50,959 bases of DNA, from the NCBI GenBank assembly GCA_002331145.1, contig DCYT01000001.1, forward strand, positions 1-50,959, given 5' to 3'. The position numbers were made by a program, and so were the translations under genes. Below are positions 42,750 to 49,984 of this stretch, piece by piece (positions within the stretch are counted from its first letter, which is position 1; the number at the start of each line of letters is the position of its first letter). The notes beneath the pieces were generated by a model that had not been told where the DNA came from, did no database searches, and saw only the letters and a program-made list of their open reading frames with translations. Source of the stretch: Candidatus Minusculum obligatum (GTDB lineage: Bacteria > Patescibacteriota > Minisyncoccia > Phycocordibacterales > Phycocordibacteraceae).

Positions 42750-43094
42750 ATGAATATACCAGAGAGATTACAAAAACTCAAGGGGTTATTAAGTAAAGAC
42801 TTCATTATTCTCATGACCCTTGTTTTAACCTCTGGAATTAGCTTTTCATTTGGCTATTTAGCTGGAAAAGACACCATAAAACAAGAGGTTTTTATAGATA
42901 CGAGTGCTGCTGTCTATAATGCTCAAATAGGGGAGAAAGGTGCCTTTGTAGGCTCTATTTCAGGTACTAAATACCATCTTCTGCACTGCTCTGGTGCCAA
43001 GAGGATAAAAGAGGAGAATAAAGTGTATTTTGATACCAAAGAAGACGCACAGCTTGCAGGCTATGCTCCAGCTGCTAATTGCGAAGGTCTTTAA
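42750..43094 (+). CDS. membrane-anchored protein with a YH...C....GY.P..C type C-terminal motif
   Basis: 114 aa. One TM helix, then [38 protein letters not shown], which resembles small metal-binding (sunset/Ada-like) domains. Confidence 0.5.
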   Translation: MNIPERLQKLKGLLSKDFIILMTLVLTSGISFSFGYLAGKDTIKQEVFIDTSAAVYNAQIGEKGAFVGSISGTKYHLLHCSGAKRIKEENKVYFDTKEDAQLAGYAPAANCEGL

Positions 43095-43321
43095 AGAATA
43101 GATTCTAGAAGTGGAAGAGATCCTGCTTCATAGAGAAGTGATCCAATCCAAGTCATCAGAATAAGGTAGAAGATTGCCCAACCCTTTGCAGGAGGGAAGA
43201 ATCTACAAAATGATTGGAAGTTTTTGGTATACCACCGAGCTCCAAACATTGATACAAGTACTGCTCCTAATGAATCTATTAAAAGAACGTAAAATACGAT
43301 TTCTGCTAATTCTATAGTCAT
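43091..43321 (-). CDS. small membrane protein
   Basis: About 76 aa from [10 protein letters not shown], with 2-3 hydrophobic helices. The start is uncertain. Confidence 0.45.
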   Translation of the reverse strand: MTIELAEIVFYVLLIDSLGAVLVSMFGARWYTKNFQSFCRFFPPAKGWAIFYLILMTWIGSLLYEAGSLPLLESIL

Positions 43322-43365
43322 ATAAATAATGGTAGCACGGTATTTTATTGCTATAATCAGCGCAT

Positions 43366-43941
43366 ATGAAAACAATTTCAGTAATAGGAGCTATTAAGGA
43401 AGGGTGGGGGAGTTTCAGGTCACGACCATGGTATTTGATGGGGCTTGCACTATCTGTGTGGGTGCTATTTGCGCTTGGAACATCAAACGCTGCATTTACT
43501 GCACTTGGATACATTATCTTCGGAGGATATATCGCAGTTATGATGCGACATCTTGCTGGAGATCGTGTTGTCTTTGATGATCTCTTTTCTCTCGATAGTA
43601 GATGGATCTCATTTGTATTCCTTGGAATGATTAAATTTATCTTTATCCTTATTGGACTTGTTCTGTTTATTGTTCCTGGGATCTATCTCATCGTTAAATG
43701 GATGTTTGCAGAGTATCTTGTTATTGAAAAAGGAATGAAGCCGATGGAAGCGCTTCGTGCCAGCTCTGAAATGACAAAAGGGAATAGATGGAAGCTTTTT
43801 GGATTTATGCTGCTGAGCATGTTGATTGGACTTGCAGGACTTATTGTTCTTGGTGTTGGAGTGCTCGCTTCAAGTTCTATTGTTATTTTGGCAACAATAA
43901 AACTCTACAAAGAATTGCAGAGTTCTGAGGTTGCTGTCTAA
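43366..43941 (+). CDS. integral membrane protein, unknown function
   Basis: 191 aa with four to five hydrophobic helices. The start MKTISVIGAIKEGWGSFRSRPW is typical of DUF975-like membrane proteins. Confidence 0.6.
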   Translation: MKTISVIGAIKEGWGSFRSRPWYLMGLALSVWVLFALGTSNAAFTALGYIIFGGYIAVMMRHLAGDRVVFDDLFSLDSRWISFVFLGMIKFIFILIGLVLFIVPGIYLIVKWMFAEYLVIEKGMKPMEALRASSEMTKGNRWKLFGFMLLSMLIGLAGLIVLGVGVLASSSIVILATIKLYKELQSSEVAV

Positions 43942-43947
43942 AGTATT

Positions 43948-44212
43948 AAAAAACACGACCGTGTAGTGTAGGTCGTGCGGGGTGGCTCGGGAGCGGCAAT
44001 TTCCGGCCGCTCCCTCACCGTTTGTAAGGCGATATTTCTCCGTCGCCTAGATGTTCGGAGTCGTTTCAAGGTCAGCCTTTCGGAAATCACGTTGGACTTC
44101 TTGATCCGCTAAGGTAACGCCTCAAAACTTCATTTCTTTCTCTCAAACAATCAACAAGCTTCATCTAGCTCGCGGTCCTGGGAGGGAGTGCCTGCCAACG
44201 ATCCCAGCAACG
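43948..44212 (-). ncRNA. candidate stand-alone structured RNA of about 265 nt, class unknown
   Basis: GC-rich, ORF-free block bracketed by a minus-strand TTGACA-16-TAGTAT promoter and a minus-strand terminator (CACGACC-N10-GGTCGTG, then T6). It contains the perfect 9-bp hairpin GGGAGCGGC/GCCGCUCCC and a CUGGGA/UCCCAG helix. Confidence 0.5.
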
Positions 44213-44218
44213 TAAAGC

Positions 44219-44246
44219 ATACTAGCATATGTTAATTATTTGTCAA
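44219..44246 (-). promoter_or_regulatory. candidate promoter of the 43948-44212 RNA
   Basis: The minus strand reads TTGACA (44241-44246), a 16-nt spacer, then TAGTAT (44219-44224). Confidence 0.5.
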
Positions 44247-44285
44247 CCCCCTAGGAAACCCTTCAATATATGAGAAAATAGGGGA

Positions 44286-44885
44286 ATGATAGTACTAGAT
44301 ATTGAGGCATCGGGGGTAAATGCAGAAAAGCACTCTATTGTTTCTATTGGAGCAATAGAATTAAATAATCCAAGTAACCAGTTTTATGATGAGTGTAAGG
44401 TCTGGGATGGAGCACATATAGACCCAGAAGCACTTGAAGTGAATGGATTTACAAAAGAGGAGATAACAGATCCTTCAAAAAAGACAGAAGCTGAAATAAC
44501 AAAAGCATTTATTGCGTGGGCAACAGACATAGAGGGAGATCGAACGCTTGCAGGACAAAACGTTTCTTTTGATCGAGACTTTATCAAGCATGCTGCAGAG
44601 CGGGGAGGACTAGACTATCCCTTCGCTGTTCGAAGTATTGATACGCATACACTAGCCCATATGCACATGGTGCAAAATGGCATTACTCCTCCATATGCAA
44701 ACCATCGATCAGCCCTAAATCTAGATGCTGTACTTAATTACTGTGGAATTCCAGATGAACCAGAGCCACACAATGCTCTAACTGGTGCCATGAGTCATGC
44801 AGAAGTTATTGCAAGACTCCTTTATGACAAGAAATTACTCCCAGAGTTTGAACAGTTCGATATTCCGTGGAAAACGAAAGAGTAG
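44286..44885 (+). CDS. DnaQ-like 3'-5' exonuclease
   Basis: ExoI VLDIEASG, ExoII NVSFDRDFI and an ExoIII-like HNALTGAMSHAE. Confidence 0.8.
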   Translation: MIVLDIEASGVNAEKHSIVSIGAIELNNPSNQFYDECKVWDGAHIDPEALEVNGFTKEEITDPSKKTEAEITKAFIAWATDIEGDRTLAGQNVSFDRDFIKHAAERGGLDYPFAVRSIDTHTLAHMHMVQNGITPPYANHRSALNLDAVLNYCGIPDEPEPHNALTGAMSHAEVIARLLYDKKLLPEFEQFDIPWKTKE

Positions 44886-44908
44886 GGGTGTGTTAAATTA
44901 GAGCCTAT

Positions 44909-45613
44909 ATGCGAGAATTCATCGAAAAAGTAAAGAAAGAACATAAGGTAGAAAAACCAGAAGGAGCAGAGCCTCTTGTCTGTAAGCCGGTAGATATTGA
45001 GCCATGGAGAGTATTTCAGATCATGAGTGAGTTTGCTGATGGATTTGAGACACTGCAAAAGTATGGTCTCGCTGCTACATTTTTTGGAAGTGCACGGTGC
45101 TCTATGGGTGATGAGATCTATACAAGTGCTGAGGAGCTTGCAGGAAAGCTTGCTGCACGCGGATTTACCATCATTACAGGTGGAAGCCATGGAATCATGG
45201 AAGCTGCCAATAAGGGGGCGTATGAGGCCGGAGGACAGTCTGTGGGGATGAACATTGAACTTCCTAATGAACAGACATCTAATCCATACCTTACGGACTC
45301 TGTAGAGTTTGATCACTTCTTCTCTCGAAAGGTGATGCTTACCTTTGCTTCTGAGGTGTATATCTATTATCCAGGAGGATTTGGAACCATGGATGAATTC
45401 TTTGAAATTCTAACTCTTGTACAGACAAAGAAAATTAAACCTGTGCCTATCGTTTTGGTTGGGAAGGAGTACTGGCAACCAATTCTTGATTTAATTGAGA
45501 CACAGTTTGCAGATAAGTTTAAAACAATTAGTGAAGGGGATATGAAGCTCTATCACCTCGTGGACACAGTAGATGAAGCGTATGAATACGCAGTAGCAAA
45601 CGTTAAGTGTTAA
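44909..45613 (+). CDS. LOG / TIGR00730 family Rossmann-fold nucleotide-binding protein
   Basis: GGSHGIMEAANKGA and PGGFGTMDEFFE signatures. Confidence 0.85.
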   Translation: MREFIEKVKKEHKVEKPEGAEPLVCKPVDIEPWRVFQIMSEFADGFETLQKYGLAATFFGSARCSMGDEIYTSAEELAGKLAARGFTIITGGSHGIMEAANKGAYEAGGQSVGMNIELPNEQTSNPYLTDSVEFDHFFSRKVMLTFASEVYIYYPGGFGTMDEFFEILTLVQTKKIKPVPIVLVGKEYWQPILDLIETQFADKFKTISEGDMKLYHLVDTVDEAYEYAVANVKC

Positions 45614-45614
45614 C

Positions 45615-45640
45615 AAAAAAGCCCCTTGAGGGGCTTTTTT
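45615..45640. terminator. bidirectional intrinsic terminator
   Basis: AAAAAAGCCCCT-TGA-GGGGCTTTTTT. Confidence 0.85.
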
Positions 45641-45658
45641 GTTTTGCGACACTAAAGA

Positions 45659-46102
45659 CTAGTTTGTCTCTTGTGGTAGCTCGCACTTTTGTACTGCTGC
45701 TTTTCGTGCTCCATGCACACTTACATATAGAAGTCCTCCAATGATTGCCATGTTCTTTAGGAACTGGATCATTTGATTTGGATCACTAAAGTCGCTGTGG
45801 AAAATCAAAGTTACAACTACAAGGAATCCAGCAATCTTGAATGACACAAGGCGTGACCAGAATCCAAATAAAAGCATGAGTCCACCTCCAAGCTCTATAA
45901 GGATCGCAATCACGATGGCTGCCTCAGGAAATGGGACTGAGAAGGCTTGTGCGTATGCTACAGAACCTGCAAAGTCCATGAGCTTTCCAATACCACCCAT
46001 GATAAAGAGGGAAGCAATTAAAATACGTCCTAATACCGGAGCCCAGAGTTCGTAGCCACGATGTGTGTAAGGTTTTAACATAATAAATTTATTACTTAAC
46101 AA
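45659..46102 (-). CDS. DoxX family membrane protein
   Basis: About 140 aa with four TM helices. Has LGRILIASLFIMGGIGKL.DF, typical of DoxX. The start may be M8 at 46081. Confidence 0.7.
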   Translation of the reverse strand: MLSNKFIMLKPYTHRGYELWAPVLGRILIASLFIMGGIGKLMDFAGSVAYAQAFSVPFPEAAIVIAILIELGGGLMLLFGFWSRLVSFKIAGFLVVVTLIFHSDFSDPNQMIQFLKNMAIIGGLLYVSVHGARKAAVQKCELPQETN

Positions 46103-46126
46103 ATATGAGATAAGTATAGCAAAATA

Positions 46127-46690
46127 CTAAAAGTCATTTTTAAACAAAGAAGAATGCTGTTTGAGCTTATCTAATTCACTTTGTTTCCATAGTTTATAGA
46201 ATTTTTCAAAATCTTTTTGAGGAGAAAAACTATATCCGACAATTTCTTTGTCTTCTATAGAAGAGTAGGGGATTTGAATTACTTTTTCTACACCATGCAA
46301 AAAGTATGAAAAAATCTTTTCTGGATTTTGGGTATTACCACATTCAACAACTATCTTTTTGTCTCTGCTGATAAGATCAGGAAAGAAGCCGCAAAAATGT
46401 AATTCAGAAATAAAAGAAATGGGGAGTTTTTGGGATGCAAATGCTTTTATTGCAACATGGTCTGTGCTCCCTCCAGTAATATCAATATTTGTTAAGTCTG
46501 CTTCACGTACTAGTTTTTGATACTCCTCTTTGGTTCCAAGAATTTCTTTTTGGAGGTGTATATAGTTATTTTCAATAAGAAAATAAATGTCCTGTATTAC
46601 TTGAGTGTCACCCCTAAAGGCATGGTTTCCTGAATAAAATATTTCAAAAAGCTTTTCAGCTGTTATCTTTTTTCCCGTGGAATTTTTCAT
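46127..46690 (-). CDS. hypothetical protein, possible degenerate PD-(D/E)xK nuclease fold
   Basis: 187 aa, markedly AT-rich. Contains ..ELHFCGFFPDLISRDKKIVVECGN.. (E...PD-x10-E.G), which only partly fits the nuclease motif. Its first 35 nt overlap the recombinase 3' end. Confidence 0.5.
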   Translation of the reverse strand: MKNSTGKKITAEKLFEIFYSGNHAFRGDTQVIQDIYFLIENNYIHLQKEILGTKEEYQKLVREADLTNIDITGGSTDHVAIKAFASQKLPISFISELHFCGFFPDLISRDKKIVVECGNTQNPEKIFSYFLHGVEKVIQIPYSSIEDKEIVGYSFSPQKDFEKFYKLWKQSELDKLKQHSSLFKNDF

Positions 46691-47624
46691 GAATATTTCG
46701 AAGTCTTTTGTTCGTTACGTGTGTATATACCTGTGTTGTTGCAACATTTTTGTGTCCCAAGAGCTCCTGTACACTTCGTAAGTCTGCTCCATGGGTTAGA
46801 AGGTCTGTTGCATACGTGTGGCGCAAGGTGTGTGGAGTTACTTTCTTAGAAATACCAGCAAGAGTGGCACAGCGAGATATAAGTTTTTGCATTGAACGAA
46901 CAGACAAACGGACATTATCTGGATCTTTTGACCTAAAATTAACAAAAAGCGGCTTTGCCACATCGCGTCTTGTCTTTAAATAATCTCGCAGCCACTTTGC
47001 AGCTCGTGGAGATATAAAGATAGTACGTATGTGCTTTCCTTTTCCAACTATTGAAAGCTCGTATGTCCTTGTAGTGCTATTGTCTTGCAAGAAAGAGAGT
47101 TGATCTACGTCCAGTGCAGCAAGTTCTGATACACGCATCCCTGAGGAGAAAAATAGCTCCATAATTGCACGGTCACGAATTCCTTTTGGAGTTTTTATAT
47201 CAGGAACAGCAACCATTTTCTCTATATCTTGAATATCTAAAAAAGAAATAGTTTCTTCACTCTTCTGTTTTGCAAGCTTTATTTTAGAAGAGGGAAGAGA
47301 TTCTATGTCACGATCAGTAAAGTAATTAAGAAGTGCCCGAAGAGCTATGAGGTAATAGTTTTGAGACTTCTTTCCAAGATATTCGCCAGAGGGCGTTTTG
47401 TGTGTCCGTGCAAGGTAGAGTCGGTAGTCCCAGACATGGTCGGGAGTTAATTGATGAGGCAAAAGTCTCTCCAAGTTATTTTTTTCAAGCCAGAGAGTGA
47501 AGACTTTTAAATATTGTTCGTAATTTCTTTGCGTATTATTTGCAAGACCTTTTTCTACCTCACAGTAGTCGAGGAAGGGTAGTATATGATCCTTTATCAG
47601 TTGATTACTTTTCTGTATTCGCAT
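46656..47624 (-). CDS. tyrosine recombinase (XerC/XerD family)
   Basis: 322 aa. N-terminal SAM-like core-binding domain, then the catalytic region with R (SGMRVSEL), HTLRHTYAT and LLGHKNVATTQVYTHV. Confidence 0.9.
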   Translation of the reverse strand: MRIQKSNQLIKDHILPFLDYCEVEKGLANNTQRNYEQYLKVFTLWLEKNNLERLLPHQLTPDHVWDYRLYLARTHKTPSGEYLGKKSQNYYLIALRALLNYFTDRDIESLPSSKIKLAKQKSEETISFLDIQDIEKMVAVPDIKTPKGIRDRAIMELFFSSGMRVSELAALDVDQLSFLQDNSTTRTYELSIVGKGKHIRTIFISPRAAKWLRDYLKTRRDVAKPLFVNFRSKDPDNVRLSVRSMQKLISRCATLAGISKKVTPHTLRHTYATDLLTHGADLRSVQELLGHKNVATTQVYTHVTNKRLRNIHEKFHGKKDNS

Positions 47625-47643
47625 ATAAACAGTATATCATCTG

Positions 47644-47673
47644 TTGTTCGCACAATATATGTAAAACGAACAA
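47644..47673. promoter_or_regulatory. inverted repeat over the recombinase promoter (candidate operator)
   Basis: TTGTTCG-16 nt-CGAACAA lies just upstream of a TATACT box that sits 6 nt before the recombinase ATG. Confidence 0.3.
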
Positions 47674-47738
47674 GGCCTGTGTACAATAATAGCCAAGACA
47701 TATTCTATCCTGGCCAACTATTGTCTCTAAGGCGAAGA

Positions 47739-48383
47739 CTAACTCTTCTTAATAATATCAATCACCTTCCCACTAATCTGGAAGTCATCCTCAGGGTGAA
47801 TCATTATTGGAGAGTATTCCTCTGTAGAGTCTGCCTCAAGCATGATTCTTTCATTCTCTTTATCGAGCTTGTATCGCTTGATAGTGGCCATACCATCGAT
47901 CACAGCAACGATAATATCTCCGTCTTTAGGTACAACTTGAGATTTATCTACAATTACAAAGTCTCCATCCTCAATAGTTAGACTTCCACGTACAACAGCT
48001 TTATTCATAGAAGGTCCGCTTGTAACAAGTGCATAGAGGTCCTGACGGCGCTTTGGAAGCAAACTTGAAGACACTTTCACATACCCTTCTGTACGCTCCT
48101 CAGCAAAGATTGTGGCAGGTCCACAGTTAGCAGCTCCTACAATAGGAATCGAATAGAACAAACTCTTCACTCCAGTAGCGAATCCTCTCTTAACAGGCTT
48201 TATAAGACCCTTAGAGAGATCAATCTGAATAAGACCAGCTTTTTCTAATTGTCCTAGGTGGTATTTCACAACCTGAGGTTTTCCTTCTTGGTCAATTAAC
48301 TTGGCAATTTGTCGCAAACTTAGGTTTCCGATCTTGGCTTTACTTCTAATAAGTGTCAGTAATTGTGCTTGTGTTACGTGCAT
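47739..48383 (-). CDS. lexA: LexA-like S24 autopeptidase repressor
   Basis: 214 aa. N-terminal winged-HTH (LSLRQIAKLI...VKYHLGQLEKAGLI), an Ala-Gly-type cleavage region (VGAANCGPA), the Ser nucleophile SGPSM and the Lys in TIKRY. Confidence 0.7.
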   Translation of the reverse strand: MHVTQAQLLTLIRSKAKIGNLSLRQIAKLIDQEGKPQVVKYHLGQLEKAGLIQIDLSKGLIKPVKRGFATGVKSLFYSIPIVGAANCGPATIFAEERTEGYVKVSSSLLPKRRQDLYALVTSGPSMNKAVVRGSLTIEDGDFVIVDKSQVVPKDGDIIVAVIDGMATIKRYKLDKENERIMLEADSTEEYSPIMIHPEDDFQISGKVIDIIKKS

Positions 48384-48460
48384 ATACTAGGAGTATAGCA
48401 CCACTTCCCTCTCCTAATCACATAACTGTGGAAAACTATTTTACACCGTTGACACTCTAA

Positions 48461-49540
48461 TTAATGACTATGCGTATGTCCTCCCTTCTCTTTTCCTGTA
48501 AGGAATAAGATGGCAATAAAGGTAGTAAGTGGTACGGCAAGCACAATACCGATTGTTCCAACTGCAGTTCTAATAATCTCAGCTGCAAATAGTTCTCTGT
48601 TTAAAATAAGTGAAAGTTCTGTTGTTGAGTGTGCAAACACAAGAAGTAGCGGAAGAGATGCTCCAGCGTATGCAAGAGCTAGGGTGTTCACGAGTGCTCC
48701 TACATGCTCCTTCCCTATTCGCATTGAACGAACAAGTGCCTCCTGCTTCTTTACACCACTTGCAAGCAATTCTCGCACTGCAGAGGCTTGCGTTACTGCA
48801 ACATCATCTAGTACTCCAACCATTCCGATAATAATGGCGCTTAAGAAAATTCCAGAGAGATTGAGTGCTCCATCAGTAAGAGTGTTGAGAAATACTGTTG
48901 ATTCAGCTGCAAAGCCTGAGATCTTTGCAAAGTACGTAACAGCAAGAGCTAATAGTGCCGCTACAACAACAGCAATTGAAGTTCCAATAAATGCTGCAAA
49001 GGTTGTTTTGGAGATTCCATGGGTGAGCGCCATAACAATAGCCAAAATACCTATGGCAATAGAGCTTCCAACAAGTAGTGGTGGGTGTCCTGCAAGTAGT
49101 AGTGGCACCAATACAAAAATAATAAGACTAATACTTGCCACAAGCGCTGCTATTGCCCTAAAGCCTGCAAATCCACCAAGCACTACTACCGCTCCAATGG
49201 CAAGGAGTGTAATAAAGAGAAGTGCTCCCCTTCTGTCAGGCTCCCCAACTGAATACACCATTTCTCCACTAAATGATTGGATTGAAGAAACAAAGAATGT
49301 GTCCCCTATTTTGCTTGTGAAGTAATCATTTTCAAGAGTAATAATTTCTCCTGCATTAGAACCAGTTAGTATTTCAACCTCAAGATCTTGAATCGTTGTC
49401 TCTTGAGTAAATCCAGGAAGGATTTCTGTTTTCGGCTCTGTTGCACTTAGTACCTTTACACGAAATTGCTCCGGCTCCCCAGCGAGCGCAAGACTTGGCA
49501 ATAAAAGAAGTCCAAGAAAGAGTGTTCCTAGTTTAGTCAT
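48461..49540 (-). CDS. YibE/F-like polytopic membrane protein
   Basis: 359 aa. Signal or anchor sequence, an extracytoplasmic beta-rich N-domain, then about 7 TM helices rich in Gly/Ala/Leu. Confidence 0.55.
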   Translation of the reverse strand: MTKLGTLFLGLLLLPSLALAGEPEQFRVKVLSATEPKTEILPGFTQETTIQDLEVEILTGSNAGEIITLENDYFTSKIGDTFFVSSIQSFSGEMVYSVGEPDRRGALLFITLLAIGAVVVLGGFAGFRAIAALVASISLIIFVLVPLLLAGHPPLLVGSSIAIGILAIVMALTHGISKTTFAAFIGTSIAVVVAALLALAVTYFAKISGFAAESTVFLNTLTDGALNLSGIFLSAIIIGMVGVLDDVAVTQASAVRELLASGVKKQEALVRSMRIGKEHVGALVNTLALAYAGASLPLLLVFAHSTTELSLILNRELFAAEIIRTAVGTIGIVLAVPLTTFIAILFLTGKEKGGHTHSH

Positions 49541-49778
49541 TGTCTAGATGCTTTGTGAAATGCTTTTTGAGTGTTGCATCAAGTGCATTTTGAAAATCAA
49601 TTGCATGCTTTGGAGTAAGTACAATCTCAGACATAAGCTGTCCTTGCTCTGTATTGGGTCGCACGTAGGCAAACTGTAGCGTTACCGAATCATTATTTAC
49701 AGTTATCTGTGTAGCATTTGAAAATGACGGTTTTGCCTCAGCTGGTACCGTGATATTAACTTGTTTTTTCTCTTCCAT
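49533..49778 (-). CDS. DUF3467 family protein
   Basis: 81 aa. FSNATQITVNNDSVTLQFAYV......Q...SEIVLTPKHA..F..AL fits the DUF3467 pattern. Confidence 0.65.
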   Translation of the reverse strand: MEEKKQVNITVPAEAKPSFSNATQITVNNDSVTLQFAYVRPNTEQGQLMSEIVLTPKHAIDFQNALDATLKKHFTKHLDND

Positions 49779-49779
49779 A

Positions 49780-49983
49780 CTAGTTCCAGAAGATTAGTGC
49801 ATCGACAAGATCAGCCAAGAAGTCGATAAGCCAGTCCCAGGCGATAAGAACATACCCCCATACAAAACCTATGTTTGCTTGTCCGGCTGGTGACTCAATA
49901 ATTCCTTGTAGAGAGATTCCAAAGAAACTCAAAACAAGAAGTCCTACAATTGCTAAAAGAATTAATTTTATTATGTGCGACAT
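49780..49983 (-). CDS. small membrane protein
   Basis: 67 aa with two hydrophobic helices. Tightly packed between neighbouring genes, with 1-nt gaps. Confidence 0.5.
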   Translation of the reverse strand: MSHIIKLILLAIVGLLVLSFFGISLQGIIESPAGQANIGFVWGYVLIAWDWLIDFLADLVDALIFWN

Positions 49984-49984
49984 A

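Noticed and set aside
43948-44212. Attempt to call this RNA as RNase P, tmRNA, SRP or 6S.
   Set aside because: There is no GAGGAAAGUCC P4 strand, no tRNA-like T-arm and CCA end or tag ORF, and no GNAR loop followed by the conserved AGCA. 6S has no sequence hallmark I can verify by eye, so no class is assigned.
42416-45640. Near-identical hairpins AAAAAGCCCCTTGAAGGGGCTTTTT (42416) and AAAAAAGCCCCTTGAGGGGCTTTTTT (45615), considered as a dispersed repeat family.
   Set aside because: Both are simple GC-clamp bidirectional terminators at convergent gene ends. Two short copies are not enough to call a REP-like or MITE-like element.
48510-49325. 271-aa plus-strand ORF.
   Set aside because: It is antisense to the YibE/F-like membrane protein gene, which has coherent TM helices. 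It is Ala/Ser/Thr-rich shadow sequence.
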